A stretch of 64,000 nt of DNA, from positions 5,028 to 69,027 of the forward strand of contig JBILRP010000004.1 of assembly GCA_044372565.1 (NCBI GenBank), written 5' to 3'. This DNA comes from Bacilli bacterium. Its GTDB lineage: Bacteria > Bacillota_I > Bacilli_A > RFN20 > CAG-826. This document shows, in pieces, positions 18,213-27,569 of the stretch (its first letter is position 1; every line of letters starts with the position of its first letter). The notes under the pieces are model-generated. The model saw only the letters and a program-made list of their open reading frames with translations, ran no database searches and was not told where the DNA came from. A program made the position numbers and the translations under genes.

Positions 18213-19040
18213 ATGGTCATCAAAGATACGTTAACGCTAAGAAACGGTGTCGTGATTCCCTTGCTTGGTTTTGGTACATGGCAGATCAAAGACGGGGAAG
18301 AAGCATATGCGTCAACCTTGGCCGCCCTTGCTGCAGGTTATCGTCATATTGATACGGCAGCAGCCTATCGAAATGAAAGTTCTATTGGTCGAGCAATCAA
18401 AGATTCTGGGATTCCCAGAAAACAACTTTTTATCACGACTAAATTAGAATCTCACCTTAAAAATTATGAACAAACGTTTGTGGAGTTTGAACAATCGAGA
18501 CGACGTCTTGGTTTAGATTATATTGATCTGTATTTAATTCATGCCCCTTGGCCATGGAGTGAATGGCAAACCAATCCTGATTATAGTCAAGGAAACATTG
18601 CCGCTTGGAAAGCCATGGAAAAACTATATCAAGAAAAAAAGGTTCGTTCGATTGGCGTGTCTAATTTTGAGATTAGTCATTTAGAAAAACTTTTTCAAGG
18701 CATTGATCTTCTTCCGCATGTCAATCAAATTGCCTTATGGATTGGTCGACCGCAAAAAGCAGTCCGAGCCTTTTGCAGTGAAAAAGAAATTGCCATTGAA
18801 GCGTATTCACCTTTAGCAACAGGACGAATTTTTAAATTAGATTTATTACACACGCTCGCCAAGAAATACAAGAAAACTCCCGCACAAATTGCGATTCGCT
18901 TTACCGTTGAGTTGGGAGCAATTACCTTACCAAAATCCACGAACCCCTCGCGCATCATCGAAAATGGTGAACTTGATTTTAAACTTGAACGCGATGATCT
19001 ACATGCCTTGCTTGAATTAGAAAACTTACATTATCGATAA
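18213..19040 (+). CDS. Aldo/keto reductase (2,5-diketo-D-gluconate reductase-like)
   Basis: GFGTWQ, IDTAAAYRNE, LYLIHAPW and the PKS...R C-terminal motifs of the AKR superfamily. Confidence 0.9.
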   Translation: MVIKDTLTLRNGVVIPLLGFGTWQIKDGEEAYASTLAALAAGYRHIDTAAAYRNESSIGRAIKDSGIPRKQLFITTKLESHLKNYEQTFVEFEQSRRRLGLDYIDLYLIHAPWPWSEWQTNPDYSQGNIAAWKAMEKLYQEKKVRSIGVSNFEISHLEKLFQGIDLLPHVNQIALWIGRPQKAVRAFCSEKEIAIEAYSPLATGRIFKLDLLHTLAKKYKKTPAQIAIRFTVELGAITLPKSTNPSRIIENGELDFKLERDDLHALLELENLHYR

Positions 19041-19045
19041 AAATG

Positions 19046-19076
19046 AAAACCCTTCGATTCAGAAGGGTTTTTTCTT
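19046..19076 (+). terminator. Intrinsic terminator after the AKR gene
   Basis: aacccttc-gattca-gaagggtt hairpin plus a T-run. Confidence 0.7.
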
Positions 19077-19083
19077 GCAAAAT

Positions 19084-19159
19084 TGGTGGAGCTGACGAGG
19101 ATTGAACTCGCGACCTCCTCCATGCCATGGAGGCGCTCTCCCAGCTGAGCTACAGCCCC
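19084..19159 (-). tRNA. tRNA-Ala (anticodon GGC)
   Basis: Reverse complement GGGGCTGTAGCTCAGCTGGGAGAGCGCCTCCATGGCATGGAGGAGGTCGCGAGTTCAATCCTCGTCAGCTCCACCA. The G3:U70 identity pair is present. Confidence 0.85.
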
Positions 19160-19415
19160 AAATTGCTTTTATACTTTACCAAATATTACCTAACAATTCA
19201 ATCTTAGAAAATATTGACAAGGGCAAACAAAAACACCAAGAAAATTCCAATAGGCATTGTTATTGAGGAACAGCATCTTCAAATTGGAGTATATTATCAG
19301 TTAAAATTTTTTTTGATGACGTATTAAAATTGATTTAATCTTATTGAATGGGGATGAAGTTATAAATAATGCTTTTTTAATTTAAAAACATACCTAGGTA
19401 TGTATTTATCTACAT

Positions 19416-19491
19416 TGGCGCGGTTGAGACGATTCGAACGTCCGACTTTCTCCTTAGGAGTGAGATACTCTATCCACTGAGTTACAACCGC
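19416..19491 (-). tRNA. tRNA-Arg (anticodon CCT)
   Basis: Reverse complement GCGGTTGTAACTCAGTGGATAGAGTATCTCACTCCTAAGGAGAAAGTCGGACGTTCGAATCGTCTCAACCGCGCCA. Anticodon loop CTCCTAA. Confidence 0.8.
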
Positions 19492-19512
19492 ATTGGTTCT
19501 ATTTTAACAAGA

Positions 19513-20796
19513 TTAGCGAAGAATTACATCCAACATCAACAAACTTACCAACAACAAAATCGGTCCAAATATCAACCCAAATTTTAGAAATTGTCCAATC
19601 CCATAGGAGACTTGTTTGGTTTGTAGGACATTCATCCACATGAGTCCTGCCAATGCGCCAACTGGCGTCATCATCGCCCCTAAATTGGAACCAATGATGG
19701 AGGCATACACTGCTTGAAGTTGAAATTGAGGTTGTAAACGAATCAATGATTCAAACCATAAGCTCATCGGGATATTGTTGATGACATTGGCCATCAAGAA
19801 ACTGGATACACCAAAAGAAAATGTGGGTGACGTTGATTGGAAAAGGGTGGCAACGGTTTGTGTCCAATCCGCAAGACCCATGGCCTTCACCAGGATGGCC
19901 ATGCCTAAGAAAAAAGGAATGAAGGAATAAGGTAGTCGACGAATGGTTCTGGCCATCAACAGGGTCTTGGGATATTTTAGAGTGACCAAGATCACAAGTA
20001 AACTTGCGGCAAACAAGGTGACGACATCCATACTTACGCCAAGTGGTTTTGCTAACGCCATCATCAAAATGGCAACCCCAAGGATGGTGATTCCGATTCG
20101 ATAACTAGGGTGAGGTAATTGAATATCTAGCTTGACTGGATTGATGGGTTTGTTTAATGCTGATTGAAAGATCAACACAAGTAAACCGTAACTAACAACG
20201 CCAGTCAATAACGTGGGTAGAAACATCACCGTGGCATAATCCAAAAAAGAAATGTTAAACATCGAGGCTAAATAAATATTGGTGGGATTACCAATCACCA
20301 ACAACATACTCCATGTATTGGCAGCGACAAATTGACTGACCAAAAAAGGAATGGGAGAAATCCTTGTATGTTTTGCAAAATAAATCATGAAAGGAGTGAG
20401 GGTGAGAATCACAATGTCATTGGCCGTCAACATGGTTGAGATTGAGACAATCACAAACCAAATGAAGAATAATCGACGTTGGGAGTGACCAGCTTGATTC
20501 ATCGCTACATAAGCAAGATATTGAATATACCCAATATCATCCAAGTAAATTGCCATTAATGTGAAAGAGAAAAATAGCCCTAAAATTCTTAATGGATTCA
20601 TCTCGGAGGAACCAGTCCATGCATCAAGCAAGAAGGCGAAATCAAATCCAACCAAAACCCAAATCATCAACGCCCCTAGCAAGATGATGACCCAGTACGT
20701 TTGGCCTCGAACTTGACCTACTTGCCAATGAGAAAACCACTTGAGACTAAGCATCATCAAGATCAAAGTACTGGCGATCACGATTGAATAAATCAT
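19513..20796 (-). CDS. ArsB/NhaD-superfamily (CitMHS/SLC13-like) anion permease
   Basis: 427 aa, about 11-12 TM, two-fold repeat typical of arsenical-pump/citrate-transporter-like permeases. Substrate is not inferable. Confidence 0.6.
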   Translation of the reverse strand: MIYSIVIASTLILMMLSLKWFSHWQVGQVRGQTYWVIILLGALMIWVLVGFDFAFLLDAWTGSSEMNPLRILGLFFSFTLMAIYLDDIGYIQYLAYVAMNQAGHSQRRLFFIWFVIVSISTMLTANDIVILTLTPFMIYFAKHTRISPIPFLVSQFVAANTWSMLLVIGNPTNIYLASMFNISFLDYATVMFLPTLLTGVVSYGLLVLIFQSALNKPINPVKLDIQLPHPSYRIGITILGVAILMMALAKPLGVSMDVVTLFAASLLVILVTLKYPKTLLMARTIRRLPYSFIPFFLGMAILVKAMGLADWTQTVATLFQSTSPTFSFGVSSFLMANVINNIPMSLWFESLIRLQPQFQLQAVYASIIGSNLGAMMTPVGALAGLMWMNVLQTKQVSYGIGQFLKFGLIFGPILLLVSLLMLDVILR

Positions 20797-20837
20797 CGCC
20801 TTTATTATACCGATAACTCGAATAAATCAATTTGAAT

Positions 20838-20863
20838 TAAAAAAAGGTGATATTCATCACCTT
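20838..20863 (-). terminator. Intrinsic terminator after polC and tRNA-Pro
   Basis: aaggtga-tattca-tcacctt hairpin followed on the minus strand by T7. Confidence 0.7.
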
Positions 20864-20875
20864 CACGTTGAGTCA

Positions 20876-20952
20876 TGGTCGGGATGATGGGATTCGAACC
20901 CACGACCTCTTGGTCCCGAACCAAGCGCGCTACCAAGCTACGCCACATCCCG
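20876..20952 (-). tRNA. tRNA-Pro (anticodon CGG)
   Basis: Reverse complement CGGGATGTGGCGTAGCTTGGTAGCGCGCTTGGTTCGGGACCAAGAGGTCGTGGGTTCGAATCCCATCATCCCGACCA. Lies 2 nt after the polC stop. Confidence 0.85.
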
Positions 20953-20954
20953 AA

Positions 20955-23900
20955 TCAATTCATTTTACCTATTTCATCATCAAATGAAAACAAAGAAACA
21001 GTTTCATCTGCTTCCATGGCTTGGAAGACACCAGCAGCTTTTAATTTATCAATATTCGTCGTGGAAAGTTTGCTACGGTTGCTGAGATCTTTGGCACTGG
21101 TAAATGGTCGTTCAAGTCTCGCTTGAACCACTGATAAAGCAGCATTGCTCCCAATCCCATCCATGATGGTAAAGGGAGGAATCAACCCTTGGCGTGTTTC
21201 ATCAATCACAAAGACTTCTGCTTGCGACTTTTCTAAATCCAACGGAAGGATTTGATACCCTCGTTCCTTCATTTCTAAGACGTTCATCAACGTTACTTCC
21301 AGATCAGCTTCTTTGGGTGAAAGTTTCTTTTTTAAATTACTCTTTTGGTTTTTATACCGTTGAAGTTGTTGAAAAACTTCTTTGGTGGATAAACGCATCA
21401 TCGTGTAGTCATACTGTTTTGAACGCAAAGAAAAATACGTTGCATAGTAAGCAAGCGGGTGATGCACTTTAAAATACGCCACCCGTACGGCCATCGTCAC
21501 ATACGCCACCGCGTGGGCTTTGGGGAATAAGTATTTGATCTTGTTGCATGATTCAATATAAAATTCAGGCACATGCACCGACCGCATGAGCTCGGCATAA
21601 TCTTTGGTTAATTTCTTACCCTTACGCACATCTTCCATGATTTTAAAGGCAATCAAGGCGTCTATGCCCTTCGAGATTAAATACGTCATGATGTCATCTC
21701 GGCAGCCAATGACCTCATCCACGGAGGCAACTTTATCGGTGATCAAATTTCTCGCGTTGCCATTAAAAACATCGGTCCCGTGAGCTAATCCAGAAATAAT
21801 CACCAAGTCATTAAAGGTTTTAGGATTGATGACATTTAAAATATCCATGCCTAGATTGGTGCCAAATTCTGGTAACCCCATCGCGCCATTGACCATGTCT
21901 GAATACTTTTCTTTTCGTTTTAAGACGTCATCACTGGCAAAGCAGCGAAGCGCGTCCGGATCATTTAGAGGAATATCATCAATCTTTAATCCGGTTAAAT
22001 CCGCATTCATTTTTAACGCCATCGGATCGACGTGACCTAACATATCAAACTTCAATAATGAGTCATGCAAGGAATCAAAGGCAAAGTGGGTGGTGATGAT
22101 GTTGGTTTCTTGGTTATCCGCAGGCCGTTGAATCGGGGTGAAATCATACACACTATATTCTTTAGGGACAACGACAATCCCCCCAGGGTGTTGCCCCGAG
22201 GTTCTTCTAACACCTTCTGCTTTTTTTGCCAAATAAACAAGGGAAGCTTGTTTGATTTTACTAACATCTTGACCGATGGCTTCAAAGTAACCTTTGACAT
22301 ACCCATACGCAGTTTTTTCTGCCACGGTTTCAATCGTACCCGCGCGATAGACTTGATGATCTCCAAGCAACACCTTGGTGGCCTCATGCGCAAGGGATTG
22401 ATAATCTCTTGGAAAATTTAAATCGATATCAGGAACTTTGTTGGCATTGAATCCTAAGAAGGTTGCAAAGGGAATATTTTGGCCATCACTCTTAAGGACA
22501 TGACCACAGTCCGGGCATAATTTAATGGGTAAATCAAAACCAGATTTAATCGTAGGTGCTTGAGAAAATTCAACCCACTGGCAACTTGGGCAATAATAAT
22601 GCGGTGGTAAAGGATTCACTTCCGTGATGCCTGCCATCGTCGCGGCAAACGAACTACCCACCGATCCACGTGAACCAACAATAAAGCCTTTTTGATTCGC
22701 TTCAGCGATGATTTTACTGGTGATGTAATAGATCACCGCGTATCCCGATTGAATAATCCCATTCAATTCTGTGGTGAGGCGTTCTTCAATGAGCGTAGGC
22801 AAAACCTTGCCATATTGTTGATGAGCTTTCGTAAAACAAATCTCTTTGAGCATCGTGTCAGCCCCTTGAATGGTTGGGGTTCTTAACACCGTTTGAATCG
22901 GTTCCATTTTTTCAATCATCTTCGCGATCGCCACGGGGTTATCAATGACATAGGTTTGAGCTTGTAAAGGATCTAACCAAGAGAATGCTTTTAACATCTC
23001 TTCGGTAGAACGATAATGTTGCTTAGGATTTTCAAAAGCTGGTAAGTCTTTTCGATAATAAGGATTCATCGGGTGATTCACACCTTTGAGTCCTTTGGCA
23101 AAAATATAAACATCACGAATCATGTGATCGTCAGGATTGACGTAATGAACATCCCCTGTCGCGACGACCATCTTCTTGAGTTGGGTGGCAACATGAATGA
23201 TTTCTTTCAATAATGTTTTCACCATGGTCAAGGATGGTAGGACACCTGTGTGCACTAAATAATCGTATTGCTCCAACGGTTGAATCTCGATAAAGTCATA
23301 CATGCCAATGACTTTTTCTAACGCTTCTCGTGAACCAGTTTTGGCGATTTCAAAGACTTCACCATTGAAACAAGCTGACCCTAGCAGGAGGTGTTCCCGA
23401 TGGGATAACAGTAAATCGCGTGGGGTTCTGGGTAGATCGGCAAAATAGTCCAAATGACTTTTGGACACCAAGGTATACAGTGCTTTTAACCCTTTGGTAT
23501 TTTTAGCTAACACGGTGACGTGATAACTTCTGAGATTTTTTGATAAGGTGTTGACTTGATTCAGTGAATTTAAATCTTGATGGGATTGAATGTTATGGTC
23601 CAGTCTAATTTTATCTTTGAGGGTTTGCCAAATCATCACCAAGACTTCCGCATCATAAATCGCTCGGTGAGCTTTGTCTTCTTCATAGGTAATCCCTAAT
23701 CGCTTGGCAAGTGCGCCTAATCGATGACTATTGGCCTCTGGGTATAAATAACGAGATAACGTTAAGGTGTCAATCACCGGCGGGGTGAAGCTCAACCCTA
23801 ATCGGGATAGACTAGCGACCATGAATCCCATATCAAAAGGCGCGTTATGCGAAACCACAATCGCGTCTTTAAAAAACGTGAGGATGTCTTGGTGAATCGA

Positions 23901-25355
23901 ATCAAACGTGGGTTGATCGTTTAACATCGCCATGGTGATACCACTCACCTCACTCGCAGACGCCGACATGACCACGTCCTTCGGATGAATGAGTAACGAT
24001 AATCGATTGATGATTTCTCCACGTCGAACGCGAATCGCGCCAATTTCAACAATGCGGTCATACCGAGACGATAACCCTGTGGTTTCTAAATCGAAGATGA
24101 CATAATCGGTATCTTGAAGTTGGATTGGCCTTGGATTCATGATGTGGGCAATGGTCTCATCAATCATGTAAAGCTCCGCACCATAAATCATTTTTAGGCC
24201 ATGTTTTTTTGCAGCCGCTTGGGCTTCAGGATAGCCTTGAACAACCCCATGATCGGTGATGGCAATCGCCTCATGGCCCATATGTTTTGCCAACGCACAA
24301 TAAGCATCAATATCGCCAACCCCATCCATCGTCGACATTTTTGTATGCAAATGAAGTTCCACTCGTTTTTGCGGATGTGCGTCTTCACGCATAGGAAGCG
24401 GAGGAGCCTTCACACATTCTTTGGCGTAGATTCTCGGTTCTTGGCTTAATTGGTCAAGGGCGACACCGCCTCGAATACGAACGCGGTCACCATCAACCAA
24501 CGCATTCGCAAAACTTAAATCAATGTCACAGTCCTTATCATTGATGCTGGCAAGAATGGCATCTTCACCTTCTGCCATGACAAAGCGAATCACTAAATTC
24601 CCATTGAACTCTCTTCGGAATAAATTATAAATGGTTCCAACCACTTCCACATGGCCACTATTCAGTTTGATATCTTTGATGAGGGTCGCTTGATAGTCAC
24701 CCTTTTGTCTTAGTTTTCTTTTTGCTTCAACGTTGATTTGTTGTTTGACATCTTGTTCATAACTTAATGCAAGTTGGGTTTCAGCTTCTTTGATGCGTTC
24801 CACATGTTCGCGAATGAACACATCATCATCTTCTTGTTCTTGGCGCGATTCGATCACAGCCTTGACATGTTCTTGTAACTGATCAACTTTTTGTTGATTG
24901 ACCTTAGGTTGACTGGCATTGATTTTATGTTTAAAACAGAGTGGATAATGAATAAACATGAGCAAATCATTGAACTGGGTCCACATGGTTTTTTCTTGTT
25001 CAAAGGCATTGGCGTCCGCATACACAAGGCGAATCGATTCCGCATTGATCACAGGAATACGGGGATAGGGTTGGCGATATTGTTGCTGGTACCAATCAAG
25101 GAATAGTTGGAAAATACTATCCATAGAAGCGGCTTGGCGGTACGTAAACGTGAAATGACTTGGGTAATTGAGTTTGGTCATACCCGCTAAAAATGGTTCC
25201 AGTTGCGGATAAGTCCATGGGGTATCCTTGGTGATGACCATATCCCATTGCTGAGGAAGCAATGGATTTTTGGTGACTGCCTCAAAGGCAAGATCAAAAC
25301 CAGTAGGATCGTCAATCCCGAGACTTTGTAAAAACCGAACCATCTTCTCGTGCAT
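20955..25355 (-). CDS. polC: DNA polymerase III PolC-type (Gram-positive replicative polymerase)
   Basis: 1466 aa. PHP domain HLHTKMSTMDG, inserted DEDDh 3'-5' exonuclease (VIFDLETTGL...HNAPFDMGF...HRAIYDA), Zn module CPSC..CPDCG, pol III alpha core. Confidence 0.98.
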   Translation of the reverse strand: MHEKMVRFLQSLGIDDPTGFDLAFEAVTKNPLLPQQWDMVITKDTPWTYPQLEPFLAGMTKLNYPSHFTFTYRQAASMDSIFQLFLDWYQQQYRQPYPRIPVINAESIRLVYADANAFEQEKTMWTQFNDLLMFIHYPLCFKHKINASQPKVNQQKVDQLQEHVKAVIESRQEQEDDDVFIREHVERIKEAETQLALSYEQDVKQQINVEAKRKLRQKGDYQATLIKDIKLNSGHVEVVGTIYNLFRREFNGNLVIRFVMAEGEDAILASINDKDCDIDLSFANALVDGDRVRIRGGVALDQLSQEPRIYAKECVKAPPLPMREDAHPQKRVELHLHTKMSTMDGVGDIDAYCALAKHMGHEAIAITDHGVVQGYPEAQAAAKKHGLKMIYGAELYMIDETIAHIMNPRPIQLQDTDYVIFDLETTGLSSRYDRIVEIGAIRVRRGEIINRLSLLIHPKDVVMSASASEVSGITMAMLNDQPTFDSIHQDILTFFKDAIVVSHNAPFDMGFMVASLSRLGLSFTPPVIDTLTLSRYLYPEANSHRLGALAKRLGITYEEDKAHRAIYDAEVLVMIWQTLKDKIRLDHNIQSHQDLNSLNQVNTLSKNLRSYHVTVLAKNTKGLKALYTLVSKSHLDYFADLPRTPRDLLLSHREHLLLGSACFNGEVFEIAKTGSREALEKVIGMYDFIEIQPLEQYDYLVHTGVLPSLTMVKTLLKEIIHVATQLKKMVVATGDVHYVNPDDHMIRDVYIFAKGLKGVNHPMNPYYRKDLPAFENPKQHYRSTEEMLKAFSWLDPLQAQTYVIDNPVAIAKMIEKMEPIQTVLRTPTIQGADTMLKEICFTKAHQQYGKVLPTLIEERLTTELNGIIQSGYAVIYYITSKIIAEANQKGFIVGSRGSVGSSFAATMAGITEVNPLPPHYYCPSCQWVEFSQAPTIKSGFDLPIKLCPDCGHVLKSDGQNIPFATFLGFNANKVPDIDLNFPRDYQSLAHEATKVLLGDHQVYRAGTIETVAEKTAYGYVKGYFEAIGQDVSKIKQASLVYLAKKAEGVRRTSGQHPGGIVVVPKEYSVYDFTPIQRPADNQETNIITTHFAFDSLHDSLLKFDMLGHVDPMALKMNADLTGLKIDDIPLNDPDALRCFASDDVLKRKEKYSDMVNGAMGLPEFGTNLGMDILNVINPKTFNDLVIISGLAHGTDVFNGNARNLITDKVASVDEVIGCRDDIMTYLISKGIDALIAFKIMEDVRKGKKLTKDYAELMRSVHVPEFYIESCNKIKYLFPKAHAVAYVTMAVRVAYFKVHHPLAYYATYFSLRSKQYDYTMMRLSTKEVFQQLQRYKNQKSNLKKKLSPKEADLEVTLMNVLEMKERGYQILPLDLEKSQAEVFVIDETRQGLIPPFTIMDGIGSNAALSVVQARLERPFTSAKDLSNRSKLSTTNIDKLKAAGVFQAMEADETVSLFSFDDEIGKMN

Positions 25356-25356
25356 G

Positions 25357-26538
25357 TTAGAGGACCAGGACCAACGCGAGGATATCTTTGATTAATAAGA
25401 ACACCATTAAGCTCATGAGAATAAAGAAACCAATCACCGAAATAGCATTCTTGATTTGACTTGGTATTTCTCTTTTAAACATACCTTCAATGGTGATCAC
25501 TAATAAATGCCAACCGTCTAATCCAGGAAATGGAAGTAGATTAAAGACCGCAAGATTGACCGAGATCAATCCCCATATAAAAATATAAGACCCTAACCCA
25601 AGGTTATTCAAAATGGAAGATGTGGTGGAAAAGATAGCAACAATTCCTCCGACTTGGTCAAGGTTTTGTCCTTGGAATAAATTAATGACGGTATCCACCA
25701 TTAACGTCACCCCTCGCCACCAATCGCGTCCTGCTTCCGCGATGGCCTCGACAAAGGTGTAATCGGTCATGATCACATAAAATCCAATCCCTAAAGGTTC
25801 TAAACCAAACCCATCCTCGGTGGCAATCGCATCCAGGCGAATCGTCACTTGTCTTTCGGTAAATGTCGTTGCATTGTCATAGATTCGAACAGGCAGTTGA
25901 AACTCAACAAAGTCATTCAGACCATCGACAGCATAAGCGACGAACGTGCCATCGACAACCTTGCCAATCTTGAGCAAGGTGGATAACGTGTCTTCATACG
26001 TTTCAAAATCATTGATATAAAGTTGATAAGTATCCACACCGAGTTCGGTGGTGACAGGAATACTCCCGTCATTTAAAGGGGCAAAGACAAGCACTTCCCC
26101 ATTTTCAATTCCCGCTTCGGCAGCAACCGAGGTTTCTGTGATCACCATTTGGTTGGTGAGTGTCCGTTGGGTAAATCCCCAATTCGATGCAAAAAATAAG
26201 ACAAAAGCAAGGACCAAGTTCAAGATGATCCCCGCGGATGTGACCATCGCACGTTTGGGTTTAGAAATCCCTAATAAACTACGTTCAAAGGGGACATTTA
26301 AATCTGCGCCACTGACTTCTTCCCCAACCATGGCAACATAACCACCTAATGGAAAAGCTTTCAGGGAGTATTTGGTTTCACCCTTAGTCCAAGAGAATAA
26401 GACAGGACCAAAGCCAATGGAAAACTCTCTGACATAGACATTAAACGCTTTGGCCACTAAAAAGTGACCGAGTTCATGAATCAGGATGAGGATGCCTAGC
26501 GATAACAGAAATAACACCGTCGATAGGATTGCTTGCAT
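25357..26538 (-). CDS. rseP: RIP metalloprotease RseP (site-2 protease, M50)
   Basis: HELGHF zinc motif, TM helices, C-terminal NLLPFPGLDG motif. Occupies the conserved position before polC. Confidence 0.9.
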   Translation of the reverse strand: MQAILSTVLFLLSLGILILIHELGHFLVAKAFNVYVREFSIGFGPVLFSWTKGETKYSLKAFPLGGYVAMVGEEVSGADLNVPFERSLLGISKPKRAMVTSAGIILNLVLAFVLFFASNWGFTQRTLTNQMVITETSVAAEAGIENGEVLVFAPLNDGSIPVTTELGVDTYQLYINDFETYEDTLSTLLKIGKVVDGTFVAYAVDGLNDFVEFQLPVRIYDNATTFTERQVTIRLDAIATEDGFGLEPLGIGFYVIMTDYTFVEAIAEAGRDWWRGVTLMVDTVINLFQGQNLDQVGGIVAIFSTTSSILNNLGLGSYIFIWGLISVNLAVFNLLPFPGLDGWHLLVITIEGMFKREIPSQIKNAISVIGFFILMSLMVFLLIKDILALVLVL

Positions 26539-26603
26539 AAGTCACCTCCAAGATGATAAAAAGACTATCTTATTTTAACAAAAATCAATGTCATTGGTTG
26601 ACT

Positions 26604-27569
26604 TTAAATCGGTAAGGGATAAAAGAAGTCAGAAAGCAATGAAATAATGAGCGCAACAACCAAAACCACCATGGAAAAAGAATCAATGCGATCGAGTAGT
26701 CCACCATGTTCGCCCAACAAATTAGAGAAATTTTTAATTCCGTATTCGCGTTTGATAATGGAGAACGTAAAGTCTCCTAAGGTCGCAATCAAAGGCATCA
26801 CCAGGGAAATCATCAAGATCCAATACCATTGATCAAGGGTTAGAAATGGTAACAAGGGTGTCCCCAACATGGCGACAACAATCGCAAAGGTGAAGGAAAC
26901 AAAGAAGGAGACGACAACCCCTCCAAAAAAACCTTCCCAAGTCTTATTTTTAGAAACCCTGACGTTCATCTTATTTTTACCAAAAAAAGTCCCAATCAAA
27001 TATGCGCCAATATCGGTAAAGAACGTTCCCATGGCCACATACAATAATAGGAGTGAATCTGCAATCAGCGACCTTGGTTCATTAAAAATAAATTCTGGAT
27101 AAAATCTTAAGAATAAAAAAGCTTGAAAACTTAACGAGAGTAATATCGCCATGGTAATTAAATAGGTTGCGTCTTGAACTTTAAAACGCACGTCAGTAAT
27201 TGAAGAGAAAAATAGGGTTGCCACCAACACCGTTAAGATGGATGTTGGTAATTCCAATTGATTCAACCCAGTTGCAAATGACCATTGATTAAAATTAAAA
27301 CCAACGTTAATGATGTTATTGATAAGAAAAATATAAAAAATCATTCCTACCATCATCAAATAAACAAAGATGCGAATCAGAAACGGATAAATGTGATCAA
27401 TTCTTACCGTAAGGATTTCATGGGTGGCAAACAACAACCCAATCAACGCAAATAAAACAATCAACCAATTGCCAATGATAATTGAGGGGATTGCAAAAAG
27501 TATTAAAACCAAAGAAACAAAAACCCTATTGGAAAACTTCTTTTGAAATTCTGGTTGAAGATTATTCAT
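26604..27569 (-). CDS. cdsA: Phosphatidate cytidylyltransferase
   Basis: C-terminal CTP_transf_1 signature SIIKREYGIKNFSNLLGEHGGLLDRIDS. Overlaps uppS by 4 nt. Confidence 0.9.
   Translation of the reverse strand: MNNLQPEFQKKFSNRVFVSLVLILFAIPSIIIGNWLIVLFALIGLLFATHEILTVRIDHIYPFLIRIFVYLMMVGMIFYIFLINNIINVGFNFNQWSFATGLNQLELPTSILTVLVATLFFSSITDVRFKVQDATYLITMAILLSLSFQAFLFLRFYPEFIFNEPRSLIADSLLLLYVAMGTFFTDIGAYLIGTFFGKNKMNVRVSKNKTWEGFFGGVVVSFFVSFTFAIVVAMLGTPLLPFLTLDQWYWILMISLVMPLIATLGDFTFSIIKREYGIKNFSNLLGEHGGLLDRIDSFSMVVLVVALIISLLSDFFYPLPI

Noticed and set aside
21194-25106. Antisense and alternative-frame ORFs within polC (for example 22065..22421 +, 22052..22393 -, 24201..24449 +)
   Set aside because: These are shadow ORFs inside a 1466-aa gene with full-length PolC similarity. 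They show no independent signals.
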